From: Myxococcota bacterium | GTDB taxonomy: Bacteria; Myxococcota; XYA12-FULL-58-9; JALHOP01 | Length of the DNA: 64,000 nt | Reading direction: 5' to 3' | NCBI GenBank assembly: GCA_041288095.1 | Contig: JBGGMJ010000092.1 | Coordinates: 57-64,056, forward strand | Shown here: positions 44,409 to 53,355 of the stretch, one piece after another | How positions within the stretch are numbered: the stretch's first letter is position 1 | Layout of the letters: each line of letters starts with the position of its first letter | Position numbers and translations under genes: made by a program | The notes under the pieces: generated by a model | Database searches by the model: none | What the model saw: the letters and a program-made list of their open reading frames with translations, nothing else | What the model was told of the DNA's origin: nothing

Positions 44409-45158
44409 ATGTCCCGTCTCGTTAGCGGCTTTCTCGCGCTAGCCATTGCCATCCTTGCCGCGCCGGCCAACGCCTATCTGTTGCCGGCCAGCTTCCTCAT
44501 CCGCCAGATGGCCGAGCGCCGGGCCAAGGCCGAGGTCCGCGACTGCGTCGTGCAACTGACCGCTGAAGTGGACGGCCGCGACGATCAGGTCGACGAGCGC
44601 ATTTACGTGAAGAACCCCGAGCGCCTGCGGCTCGAGCGTGACCTCGGTGAGACCAACTACGTCGTGGTCGAGCGTGAAGGGAAGCGGGCGGAGGGCGACA
44701 CCACCGCGGTCAAGGCGACGAGAAATCCCTCGACGGAGCTCCTCGCCACCTTGCTGATGCCGAAGGGCCGCGAGCCCGAGGACATGGCGGCGCGCACCAT
44801 CTCGGTGTTGCAGGGTCTCGGCATCGAGACCAAGCAGGTCGCCATCACCATCTACGGCAAAGACGCGCGCGAGACGGCGTACGTAATCGGCGCCAAGCCG
44901 CAAGAGACCGACAAGCCCCAGCTCTGGGTCGACAGCACGACGTTCTTGCCGGTGCGCCTCATCAGCTACGTCGACGAGGGCGGCAAGAAGGTGCGCTACG
45001 AGTCGCGCTTCTTCGACTACACCACCGGCGTCGGCGACTTCTTCCCGCGCATCATCGAGAACTACCGCGCCGGCAAGCTCGTGCGCCGCGCCGAGGTCGC
45101 CGACATCAAGGTGAACCAAGACCTACCGGATACGCTCTTCCAAGTGCCCGCGGGCTGA
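44409..45158 (+). CDS. Hypothetical periplasmic protein (LolA/RseB-like fold suspected)
   Basis: Signal peptide MSRLVSGFLALAIAILAAPANA. The rest is beta-rich and ends ..LPDTLFQVP, as in LolA-like proteins. This is a weak call. Confidence 0.45.
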   Translation: MSRLVSGFLALAIAILAAPANAYLLPASFLIRQMAERRAKAEVRDCVVQLTAEVDGRDDQVDERIYVKNPERLRLERDLGETNYVVVEREGKRAEGDTTAVKATRNPSTELLATLLMPKGREPEDMAARTISVLQGLGIETKQVAITIYGKDARETAYVIGAKPQETDKPQLWVDSTTFLPVRLISYVDEGGKKVRYESRFFDYTTGVGDFFPRIIENYRAGKLVRRAEVADIKVNQDLPDTLFQVPAG

Positions 45159-45160
45159 CG

Positions 45161-45820
45161 GTGCCCGCCGCGCTCTTCGACCTCGACGGTACGCTGGTCG
45201 ACAACATGGTGTTCCATGCGCGGGCATGGATGCAGCTCTGCGAGCGCCACGGGATCCCCGCGCGCGTCGAGCAATTCGAGCGCGAGTTCGCGGGGAAGAA
45301 AAACGGTGAGATCATCGAGACGCTGCTCGGGCCGGGCATCGAGCCGGCGCGGGCGCGTGCTTTAGCGGACGAGAAAGAAGCCGTGTACAGGCGCATCTAC
45401 GAGCCGCATGTCGCCTGGGTCCCCGGGGCGCACCACCTGATCATGCGCCTGCGGGCGGCAGGCACACCGGTCGCCGTCGCCACCGCGGCACCACGCCAGA
45501 ATCGTGAAATGGTGCTCGGCTCGTTGCGGGCGCTCGGACTCTTCGATGCCATCGTCGGCGGCGAGCAGGTCGCCAACGGCAAGCCGGCCCCCGACATCTT
45601 CTTGGAAGCGGCGAAAAAGCTCGGCGTACCGCCGGCGGGCTGCGTGGTCTTCGAGGATGCGGTGAACGGCGTCCTCGCCGGCAAGAGCGCGGAGATGTTC
45701 ACCGTCGGCATTTGCACGAGCGAGCTCGCGTCCGCTTTAGCGGCTATTGGCGCCGATGAGACGGCGCGGGATTTCACGGGGCTCACCGCGTCGGTACTGG
45801 CGCGGCTCGGCCTCGGCTGA
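45161..45820 (+). CDS. HAD-superfamily hydrolase (beta-phosphoglucomutase-like subfamily IA)
   Basis: Motif I is FDLDGTLVDN. Motifs II and III are ..VATAAP.. and ..KPAPDIFLEAAKKLGVPPAGCVVFEDAVNGVLAG. The start codon is GTG. Confidence 0.8.
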   Translation: MPAALFDLDGTLVDNMVFHARAWMQLCERHGIPARVEQFEREFAGKKNGEIIETLLGPGIEPARARALADEKEAVYRRIYEPHVAWVPGAHHLIMRLRAAGTPVAVATAAPRQNREMVLGSLRALGLFDAIVGGEQVANGKPAPDIFLEAAKKLGVPPAGCVVFEDAVNGVLAGKSAEMFTVGICTSELASALAAIGADETARDFTGLTASVLARLGLG

Positions 45821-45851
45821 CGGTTCTGTCGGAGGGGGCGTTTAGAATCAG

Positions 45852-48290
45852 ATGGTGCGAGCACGCGTCGTCTTGAACGAACCGGTGGGACTGCTCGATT
45901 ACGGCATCCCGGCCGCGGTCGCCCACGCGGTGACGCCGGGCGTCGCGGTGCGTGTACCCCTCGGGAAACGGCGCACCAGCGCCTACGTCGTCGATCTCGT
46001 CGATACGCCGCTCGCCGCCGACATCACCATCAAAGACCTCGAGGGCATCGACGCCGAGCGTCCGGCGTTGCCGGCGAAGCTCCTCGAGCTCGTGGTCTTC
46101 GCCGCCCACTACTACGACGTGTCTCCGGGTGACGTGCTCGATGCCGCGTTGCCGGCTCTGGCACGAGCGGGCTCGGCGCGCTTCAAGATTACCGATCGGG
46201 GTCTCACGCATCGCGCTGACACATCGGCCAAAGAGGTCGATGTGGCGCTGCTCGATGTCGCCGCCAAGTTCCCCAAGGGCTTCACGGTCGCCGCGCTGGA
46301 GCGTGAGCTCGCTTGGCCGCGCCGCACCGCGACTTCGCGCCTGAAGCGGCACGTGACCGCGGGTTGGCTCGCCTACGCCGCGAAGAAGAAGGGCGGCCCT
46401 CGCGAAGTCATCGGCTACAAGCGCATCGAAGCAGCCGCGGAGCTCATCGAGGCCCTGAAGCCCAAGGCGCGAGCGCTGTTCGAGGCGATGCCGTTGGGTG
46501 AACCAGTCAGCGCCGCCTGGCTGGGGAAGATCGACGAGCGCGCCTACGACCGCGTGAAGAAGCTCGAGAAGGCGGGCCTGATCGTCCGCGAACGCCTCGA
46601 GCAGCGCCTCACCCCGTTCGCTTCGGCGGACGGATCGGAAGAGGTCGCGCACACCGGCGCCTCGGCGGTGCCGCCACCTTCGACGCCCGAACAAGCCGCC
46701 GCCATCGCCGCCATCGAAGAGTCACTCGGCGAGCGTGCATACTCGACGTTCTTGCTCAACGGGGTCACCGGCAGCGGTAAGACCGAGGTCTACCTGCGTG
46801 TCATCGACAAGGTCCTGGCGCGCGGGCAGACGGCGCTGGTCCTCGTGCCGGAGATCGCTCTTACGCCGCAGCTCGGCGCGCGTTTTCGTGCTCGCTTTGG
46901 CGGACAAGTGGCGACCTTCCATTCGGGCCTCACCGTGGCCGAGCGCCGCGACGAATGGGAGCGGGTGGTTCGCGGCGAAGCACGCATCGGCCTTGGGGCG
47001 CGCTCGGCGTTGTTCCTACCACTCACCGATGTGGGCATCATCATCGTCGACGAGGAGCACGAGACCTCGTTCAAGCAAGACGAAACTCCACGCTACAACG
47101 CGCGCGACCTCGCGGTGTTTCGCGGCCGCCAAGAGAACGCCGTGGTCGTCTTGGGCTCGGCGACGCCGTCACTCGAGTCCCGCGGCAATGTCGTGCAAGG
47201 GCGCTACCGCGAGCTGATGATGCGGACCCGGGTCCTCGAACGACCCATGCCCGAGGTGAAACAGGTCGACTTGACCAAGGGCGAGCGGGTCGGCGACGGC
47301 ATCTTCACGGCGCCCCTGGCCGCGGCCATCGAGCGCGGGCTCGCGGCGGACGAGCAGACGATTCTCTTCTTGAACCGGCGCGGTTTTGCCTCGGTCATCT
47401 ACTGCGGCGATTGCGGGCACACGTACAAGTGCGAGTCTTGCGACGTGTCACTCACCTTGCACCGGCGGCGCGGTCAATTGGCCTGCCACTATTGCGGACA
47501 CGAAGAAGAGGCGCCGGACGACTGCACGGCGTGCAAGGGGCACAACTTGCAGCAGCACGGTCTCGGCACCGAGCGCGTCGAGGCGGAGCTGCGTATGCTG
47601 CTCGGGCCCATCCCGGTGGCTCGGCTCGATCGTGACACCGTCCGCCGGCGTTCGGATCTGACACGCGAGCTCACGCGCTTCGCGTGCGGCGAGGCAAAGG
47701 TGCTCATCGGCACGCAAATGGTCGCCAAGGGCCACGACTTTCCCGGCGTTACCTTGGTCGGCGTGGTGAGCGCGGACGCCGGCCTATCGTTCCCGGACTT
47801 TCGCGCGGCCGAGCGCACCTTCCAGTTGCTCACCCAGGTGGCGGGGCGGGCCGGGCGTGGCGACAAGCCGGGCATCGTCATGGTGCAGACCTACGACCCG
47901 GAGCACTACGCCATCAAAGCGGCGGCCAAACACGACTACGAGACCTTCGCGCGCCACGAGCTCTCCCTGCGCGAAGAGCTCGGCTATCCGCCGTATACGC
48001 ACCTCGTCCTGTCGCGTTACGAGTGCGAAAACGAGCGCCTGGCGCACGAAGCGGCCAAAACCGACGCCGAGCGCATGCGCGACCTCGCGGCTGCCCGGCA
48101 GGCAGACAAGGTGCAAGTCCTGGGGCCGGCGGTGGCGCCGCTGGCGCGTTTGCAGGGCCGGCACCGGGTTCAGGTGCTGCTCAAGGGCAAAGATAGGGCG
48201 AGCTTGCGCGACGTCATGCGCGCCATGCGGCGCTCGCACCCCCACGAGGTGCGCCAGGTTGTTGATGTCGATCCATTCAGCATGCTGTAA
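45852..48290 (+). CDS. priA: Primosomal protein N' (replication restart helicase PriA)
   Basis: Walker A GVTGSGKTEVY, DEEH box (IIIVDEEHETSFKQ), and Cys-rich zinc region CGDCGHTYKCESCDVSLTLHRRRGQLACHYCGH...C.AC. Length is 812 aa. Confidence 0.92.
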   Translation: MVRARVVLNEPVGLLDYGIPAAVAHAVTPGVAVRVPLGKRRTSAYVVDLVDTPLAADITIKDLEGIDAERPALPAKLLELVVFAAHYYDVSPGDVLDAALPALARAGSARFKITDRGLTHRADTSAKEVDVALLDVAAKFPKGFTVAALERELAWPRRTATSRLKRHVTAGWLAYAAKKKGGPREVIGYKRIEAAAELIEALKPKARALFEAMPLGEPVSAAWLGKIDERAYDRVKKLEKAGLIVRERLEQRLTPFASADGSEEVAHTGASAVPPPSTPEQAAAIAAIEESLGERAYSTFLLNGVTGSGKTEVYLRVIDKVLARGQTALVLVPEIALTPQLGARFRARFGGQVATFHSGLTVAERRDEWERVVRGEARIGLGARSALFLPLTDVGIIIVDEEHETSFKQDETPRYNARDLAVFRGRQENAVVVLGSATPSLESRGNVVQGRYRELMMRTRVLERPMPEVKQVDLTKGERVGDGIFTAPLAAAIERGLAADEQTILFLNRRGFASVIYCGDCGHTYKCESCDVSLTLHRRRGQLACHYCGHEEEAPDDCTACKGHNLQQHGLGTERVEAELRMLLGPIPVARLDRDTVRRRSDLTRELTRFACGEAKVLIGTQMVAKGHDFPGVTLVGVVSADAGLSFPDFRAAERTFQLLTQVAGRAGRGDKPGIVMVQTYDPEHYAIKAAAKHDYETFARHELSLREELGYPPYTHLVLSRYECENERLAHEAAKTDAERMRDLAAARQADKVQVLGPAVAPLARLQGRHRVQVLLKGKDRASLRDVMRAMRRSHPHEVRQVVDVDPFSML

Positions 48291-48324
48291 TCGCCGCGCC
48301 AAGGCCTGAACCCCGAAAGCTCTT

Positions 48325-51300
48325 ATGGGCGCGTCCACCATCCTCGTTCTCGACGACGGGCAACACTCGCTCGAGGGCCTTACGGGTGCGCTCGACGAGG
48401 CCGGCTATGCGCCTGTTTCGATCACCGAGAGTGACGATCCCATCGACCAGTTCGAAGCCCTGACGCCGGAGCTCGTCTTCCTGAGCCTCAAGTCGGAGGG
48501 GGCGCTCGAAATTTGCGAAGCCATTCGTCTTACTGGCCATGGCGCCATCGTCCCGATCATCTTCGTCGGCAACGGTCACGCGAAGGTACGCTCCGCTTCC
48601 GAGGCGCTGGCTTTCGGGGGCGACTATCACTTCGGCGAGCCGCTCGAGCTCGGGAAGATTCTCGCCAAGGTGCAAACCTACGTGGGCGCGCCGCCGGCCG
48701 TGCACGAGGAGATCACCCGCGTCGACATCGCGCCGGTCGTCGATCTGGCGCGTCTCGCCGGTGGCACCGCGAATGTCGACGTGCGGACGCCGGCATCGGC
48801 GTCGGCCCTCGCGAGCGCGTCGGACGACTTGCTGGCCCAGATCGAAGCCGAAAGCCGCGCCGAGGCGGAGCGGCAAACGCGCGAACAGGCCAGGCGACGA
48901 GCCGACGATGAAGCGGAGCGCTTCTTGGCCGAAGAGGCGCAGCGCCAGGCTGACGAAGACCTCGCGCAATTGACCGCTGAAGCCGACGAACACCGAGCGG
49001 CGGAGGAGAAGCGTCGGAGCGACGAGGTGCGACGCCAGGCGGACTACGCCGCGCAGCTGCGCGCCGAGCGCGAGGAGCAGGAAGCGCGTCGCAAGGCGGA
49101 CGAGGAGGCCGAGCGATTCGCCGAGGCAGAGGAGCGCCGCCTCGAAGCCCGACGTGCCGAGGAGGCCGCGACCGAGAAACGACGTGCGGAGGAAGCCGCG
49201 GCCGAGAAACGGCGGGCCGAGGAAGAGTCACGCCGCCGGGCAGTGGCGGAAGCAGAGCGCATCGCGGAGGAAGCGCGTCGCGAAGCCGAAGAGGATACGC
49301 GTCGCCGCGCCGAGGAACAGGCCAAGCGCCTGGCCGAAGAGGCTCGGCGAGAGGCCGAGGAGCAGGCACGGGCCGAGGCCGAGGAACGCTCGCGTCGCGA
49401 GGCGGAAGCGCGGAAAGCCGAGGAGCGTCGCCGAGAAGAAGAAGAGCGCGAGCGTCGCGAAGTGGAGGCGCGTGAGCGCCGTGAGGCGGAGGAGCGCGCC
49501 CGTCGCGAGCAAGAGGAACGCGAACGGCGGGAAGCCGAAGAGCGGGCGCGTCGCGAAGCGGAAGAACGCGAACGTCGCGATGCCGAGGAACGGGCGCGTC
49601 GCGAGCAAGAGGAGCGCGAACGTCGCGAGACCGAAGAACGCGAGCGCCGCGAACGCGAAGAGCGCGAGCGCCGCGAGGCCGAGGAGCAGGCGCGCCGCGA
49701 AGAAGAGGAACAGGCCCGCCGCGAAGCCGAGCTGAAGGCGCGTCGTGAGCTCGAAGAGCGCATGCGCCGCGAGGCGGAAGAGCAGGCGCGTCGTGAAGCC
49801 GAAGAGCGCGAGCGTCGTGAAGCCGAGGAACGTGAGCGCCGCGAGGCCGAGGAGCAGGCGCGCCGTGAGGCCGAGGAAAGGGCTCGCCGCGAGGCCGAGG
49901 AAGCGGCCCGGCGGGAAGAGGAGCGCCTCCGTGCCGAAGAGGCCGCACGACTCGAAGAAGAGCGCCGCGAGGCCGAACGTCTCCGTGCCGAAGAGGCGCG
50001 CCGGCAAGCCGAGGAAGAAGCGCGTCGTCAGGCCGAGGAAGAACGCCGCCGAGTCGAAGAAGAAGCGCGTCGTCAAGCCGAGGAAGCTCGCCGCCTAGAG
50101 GAAGAAGCCCGCCGCCGTGCCGAGGCCGAAGCGGAAGCCCTTCGGCTCGCCGAGGAGGAAATCCGCCAACAACGGGCCGCCGAGGAAGCGCGTCGCAAGG
50201 CCGAGGAAGAAGCCAAACGTCGCCTCGAAGAAGAGCGCCGCCGCGTCGAAGCCGAGGCCAAACGTCGCGCCGACGAGGCCGAAGCCGAAGCCCGGCGCCT
50301 CGCCGAGGAAGCTCGTCGCAAGCTCGAAGAAGAGCTGGCGCGGGCCGAGGCCGAGCGACGAGCCGCGGAAGAGGCGAACGAGCGAGCAGCCGAAGAGCTA
50401 CGGCGTCGCTCGGAAGAGGCCGCTCGTCGCAAGTTCGCTCCGGCGACGGTCGGGTCACGCGCCGAGTCGCCGCTCGCGGAATCGACGCGCACGGACAGTG
50501 GGCGTCTCGAAGCGCCACGCGAGGATCGCCGCTCCGAGGTCATTCGCGGCGAGACCGGGCTCACCATCGCCGCCACGCTCACGCCTTTGTCGGGCAACAA
50601 GAGCGTGGAGCTCCAACGTCCGTCCGCGATCGAAGACACGGAACCGCGACAGCCGACCCCGCACGTACCTGCCGAGACGCCACCGCTGGCCGAGTCGAGA
50701 ACGAGCTCATTGGTGGCGGCGATGGCCGGCACCCCGGCACGCTCTCGGCCTCATCTACGCGCCTTCACACCCGAAGACGGTGCCTTCAACGCTAGCGCCG
50801 ACATGGCCGACTTGCTCGCCGAGGCCTTCCGCCAGCAGGTCACCGGCCGCATCGACTTCATCTCCGGTACGCGCCAGAAGTCCGTCGTCTTCGAGCGCGG
50901 GCAGCCGGTCGACGCCTACTCGAGCCAGGTCTATGACCGGATGGAAGAGTACCTGGCGCGCGAGGGCCGCATCACCAAGGCGCAGTACCAAGAAGTCCGC
51001 GTCAAAGGTCTGCGCGGTCCGCGTCGCATCGGCGCCTTCCTGGTCAACGAAGGGTACCTGCGGCCGGACGAGCTGTTCACCGCGGTGCGCGGCCACCTCG
51101 AGGAGCTCGTCTTCTCGCTCTTCGAATGGGACGAGGCACGCTACACATACGTCGCCGAGCACGTCGACGACGACGACCGCGTCACCCTCGAGAAGGACGC
51201 GCGCGCCCTCGTCGCCGAGGGCATCCGCCGCAAGTATCTCTTGCCCCGTGCGGTGCAAAAGCTGGGCAGTCCGAGCTCGCTCCTGACGCGCACGGACCCC

Positions 51301-51801
51301 GAAGGTCGCATCGACGCGGACGCGCTCGGTCTCACGCCAGAGGAGCGCCAGATCGCGCGCTTGGTCGACGGCAACCGCAACATCGACGACATCGTCTTCT
51401 CTAGCGGACTCGGTGCTCTGCGCGTTTACCACGTGCTCGCGGCCCTGTGCGCCACGGGCTACGTGGAGGTCGCTGTCCGAGGCATCGAAGGTCTGAACCT
51501 GAACGGCGCCACGGATCTCGACGGCATCGACCGCCAGCGCATCCTCGAGCGCGTCGAGCAAGTGCGTCAGGCGGACTACTTCCAGATCTTGGGCGTCGCG
51601 CGCGGCGCCACCACATACGAAGTCGAAGCGGCGTTCGAGCGCATCACCCGCGAGCTCGCGCCCCCGCGCCTCTCGCCTGCGATCCGCGGCGCTCTCAAGA
51701 ACGAGATCGACGAGATCGAGCGTGTCCTCGAAGACGCACGCGACGTGCTGCGCGACCAGCGCATGCGCGAGTCGTACGCCCGCAACCTGCCGCGGCTGTA
51801 G
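48325..51801 (+). CDS. Large multidomain protein: degenerate receiver-like N-terminus, ~500-aa E/R/A-rich repeat region, DUF4388-like domain, degenerate J-like C-terminus
   Basis: The N-terminus reads ILVLDDGQHS..ELVFLSLKS.., with Ser where the phospho-acceptor Asp is expected. The DUF4388-like segment is VTGRIDFISGTRQKSVVFERGQPVDAYSS. The C-terminal DYFQILGVARGATTYEVEAAFERITRELAPPRL is J-domain-like but lacks HPD. Confidence 0.7.
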   Translation: MGASTILVLDDGQHSLEGLTGALDEAGYAPVSITESDDPIDQFEALTPELVFLSLKSEGALEICEAIRLTGHGAIVPIIFVGNGHAKVRSASEALAFGGDYHFGEPLELGKILAKVQTYVGAPPAVHEEITRVDIAPVVDLARLAGGTANVDVRTPASASALASASDDLLAQIEAESRAEAERQTREQARRRADDEAERFLAEEAQRQADEDLAQLTAEADEHRAAEEKRRSDEVRRQADYAAQLRAEREEQEARRKADEEAERFAEAEERRLEARRAEEAATEKRRAEEAAAEKRRAEEESRRRAVAEAERIAEEARREAEEDTRRRAEEQAKRLAEEARREAEEQARAEAEERSRREAEARKAEERRREEEERERREVEARERREAEERARREQEERERREAEERARREAEERERRDAEERARREQEERERRETEERERREREERERREAEEQARREEEEQARREAELKARRELEERMRREAEEQARREAEERERREAEERERREAEEQARREAEERARREAEEAARREEERLRAEEAARLEEERREAERLRAEEARRQAEEEARRQAEEERRRVEEEARRQAEEARRLEEEARRRAEAEAEALRLAEEEIRQQRAAEEARRKAEEEAKRRLEEERRRVEAEAKRRADEAEAEARRLAEEARRKLEEELARAEAERRAAEEANERAAEELRRRSEEAARRKFAPATVGSRAESPLAESTRTDSGRLEAPREDRRSEVIRGETGLTIAATLTPLSGNKSVELQRPSAIEDTEPRQPTPHVPAETPPLAESRTSSLVAAMAGTPARSRPHLRAFTPEDGAFNASADMADLLAEAFRQQVTGRIDFISGTRQKSVVFERGQPVDAYSSQVYDRMEEYLAREGRITKAQYQEVRVKGLRGPRRIGAFLVNEGYLRPDELFTAVRGHLEELVFSLFEWDEARYTYVAEHVDDDDRVTLEKDARALVAEGIRRKYLLPRAVQKLGSPSSLLTRTDPEGRIDADALGLTPEERQIARLVDGNRNIDDIVFSSGLGALRVYHVLAALCATGYVEVAVRGIEGLNLNGATDLDGIDRQRILERVEQVRQADYFQILGVARGATTYEVEAAFERITRELAPPRLSPAIRGALKNEIDEIERVLEDARDVLRDQRMRESYARNLPRL
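48856..50440 (+). repeat. Coding low-complexity region: degenerate tandem E/R/A repeats (EERERREAEERARRE-type)
   Basis: The repeats can be read directly in the translation and the DNA (GAGGAACGCGAACGGCGGGAAGCCGAAGAGCGGGCGCGTCGCGAAGCG-type units). The region generates long spurious ORFs in other frames and on the opposite strand. Confidence 0.8.
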
Positions 51802-51815
51802 CGGCGGGGGTCAGC

Positions 51816-52349
51816 GTGCGTATCGCCTTCACCGGGTCGCATCGTTGCGGCAAGTCCACGCTCATCGCCAAGGTCGCCGAGGACCTGGACGGCTACGAGG
51901 TAGTGGATGAGCCGTATATCCACCTCGAGGAAGAAGGGCACGACTTTGCCCACCCGCCGTCGCTCGAGGACTTCCTCGCGCAGCTCGAGTGCTCCTTGAA
52001 GCTCGTGGACGACGCCGGTGCCGACCTCTTGTTCGATCGCTGCCCGATCGACTTCGTCGGCTACTTGCTCGCGCACGTCGAAGCCGATGCCTTCGACCTC
52101 GATGTTTGGATCGATCGCATCCGCGCCGCCCTCCGACGCCTCGATCTCATGGTCTTCGTGCCGATCGAAGATCCCGACCGCATCAAGGTCTCGCGCAGCG
52201 AGGATCTCGATCTCCGCGCCGACGTCGACGCGAAGCTCAAGGAGCTCATCCTCGACGACCGCCTAGACATAGGTGTGGAGGTGCTGGTCGTCGAAGGCAA
52301 ACGCAGCGCCCGCTTGGCGCAAGTGCTCGCACGCGTGCGGCGGGGCTAG
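51816..52349 (+). CDS. P-loop NTPase (AAA-like ATPase), hypothetical
   Basis: The GTG start gives VRIAFTGSHRCGKSTL (Walker A), and a later ..LMVFVPIED.. is Walker B-like. The track ORF 5' extension (from 51447) overlaps the previous gene and was rejected. Confidence 0.55.
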   Translation: MRIAFTGSHRCGKSTLIAKVAEDLDGYEVVDEPYIHLEEEGHDFAHPPSLEDFLAQLECSLKLVDDAGADLLFDRCPIDFVGYLLAHVEADAFDLDVWIDRIRAALRRLDLMVFVPIEDPDRIKVSRSEDLDLRADVDAKLKELILDDRLDIGVEVLVVEGKRSARLAQVLARVRRG

Positions 52350-53287
52350 CCCGCGCGGAACAAACCGAGCTGCGCCGTACCGTCGAGGCGTGGACCTTGT
52401 GATTGCACGGGTTCGACCGTGACCGGAGCGCCGGTCATCAGCGAGAGCTGGGTGCCAGGCGACGCGGTGGCGAGGAGCTGCGCCACGACCGGGGTGCCTT
52501 TCGCGGGGAAGTTGCCCTGCAAGGCGGCGCGCACGATCTCGATGGTGTCGGGCGCGAAGTTGCCGCGGCAGATCCACTGCAAGTAGCTCGGGTCGTTCTC
52601 GACGAGCATGCGCAACGATTTGCCCTTGTTCTTGCCGAAGCTGATGGTCGCCTCGTCGTCGACCCAAACGATCTTGCCCTGACCGTCGAGCCAGTCGGGT
52701 GGGCGGCAGACCGCGTGGAGACCCTCGACCTCGGCGGGAAGGTCGCTATAGCGGTTTACTTGAGCGAGGAGGACATCGGCGGCGGCGAGTGCATCGGCTT
52801 CGGCTGCATGGGCCGCGGTCAGCTCGCGGTTGCAATAGAAGCGCAGCGCGGCGGAGAGATCGCGCGGCTCGCGCATGGTGAAGATGCGGAACGAATCGAT
52901 GACCTTGGTGTCGGCGGCGGGGAAGGTACGGCCCGCGCGCCCGAACTCGTTGGCGAGCAGCGGCAGATCGAAGTGCTCGATGTTGAAACCGGTCAGATCA
53001 CAGCCGCTGAAGAACGCGTGCAGGTCGGCCGCGGCTTGCTCGAAGCGGGGCGCGTTGGCGACGTCGGCATCGGTGATGCCGTGCACCGCGGTGGCCTGTG
53101 GCGCGATCGGCCGCGCCGGGTTCAACCTCTGGGTGCGCACCTCGCGCCTACCGTCGGTGTGGAGCTTCACGCAGCAGATCTCGACGATGCGGTCGCTCGC
53201 AATGTCGAGCCCGGTGGTCTCCAGGTCGAAGGAAACGATGGGGCGTGTCAGCCGCAAACGCGGCGTCGTCGGGGGCTCACCGGCCAT
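52346..53287 (-). CDS. DEDDh 3'-5' exonuclease (DnaQ/epsilon-like) with C-terminal extension
   Basis: Exo I is VSFDLETTGL, Exo II is ..GFNIEHFDLPLL.. and Exo III is ..HAAEADALAAADVL. Confidence 0.8.
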   Translation of the reverse strand: MAGEPPTTPRLRLTRPIVSFDLETTGLDIASDRIVEICCVKLHTDGRREVRTQRLNPARPIAPQATAVHGITDADVANAPRFEQAAADLHAFFSGCDLTGFNIEHFDLPLLANEFGRAGRTFPAADTKVIDSFRIFTMREPRDLSAALRFYCNRELTAAHAAEADALAAADVLLAQVNRYSDLPAEVEGLHAVCRPPDWLDGQGKIVWVDDEATISFGKNKGKSLRMLVENDPSYLQWICRGNFAPDTIEIVRAALQGNFPAKGTPVVAQLLATASPGTQLSLMTGAPVTVEPVQSQGPRLDGTAQLGLFRAG

Positions 53288-53355
53288 GTTGGGATAGTAG
53301 CGCGCGGGTCTGTCAGTTTGGCTTTCGCGCGCCCTCTCGTGGTACTAGCGCGCCC

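Noticed and set aside
48713-50732. Multiple long ORFs (for example 48713-50518 minus, 601 aa; 49044-49763; 49228-50076; 50073-50732; 49154-49735 plus) over the ERA repeat tract
   Set aside because: These are artefacts of the GAG/CGC/GCC-type repeat, which is open in several frames and on both strands. Only the 48325-51801 frame links recognisable flanking domains.
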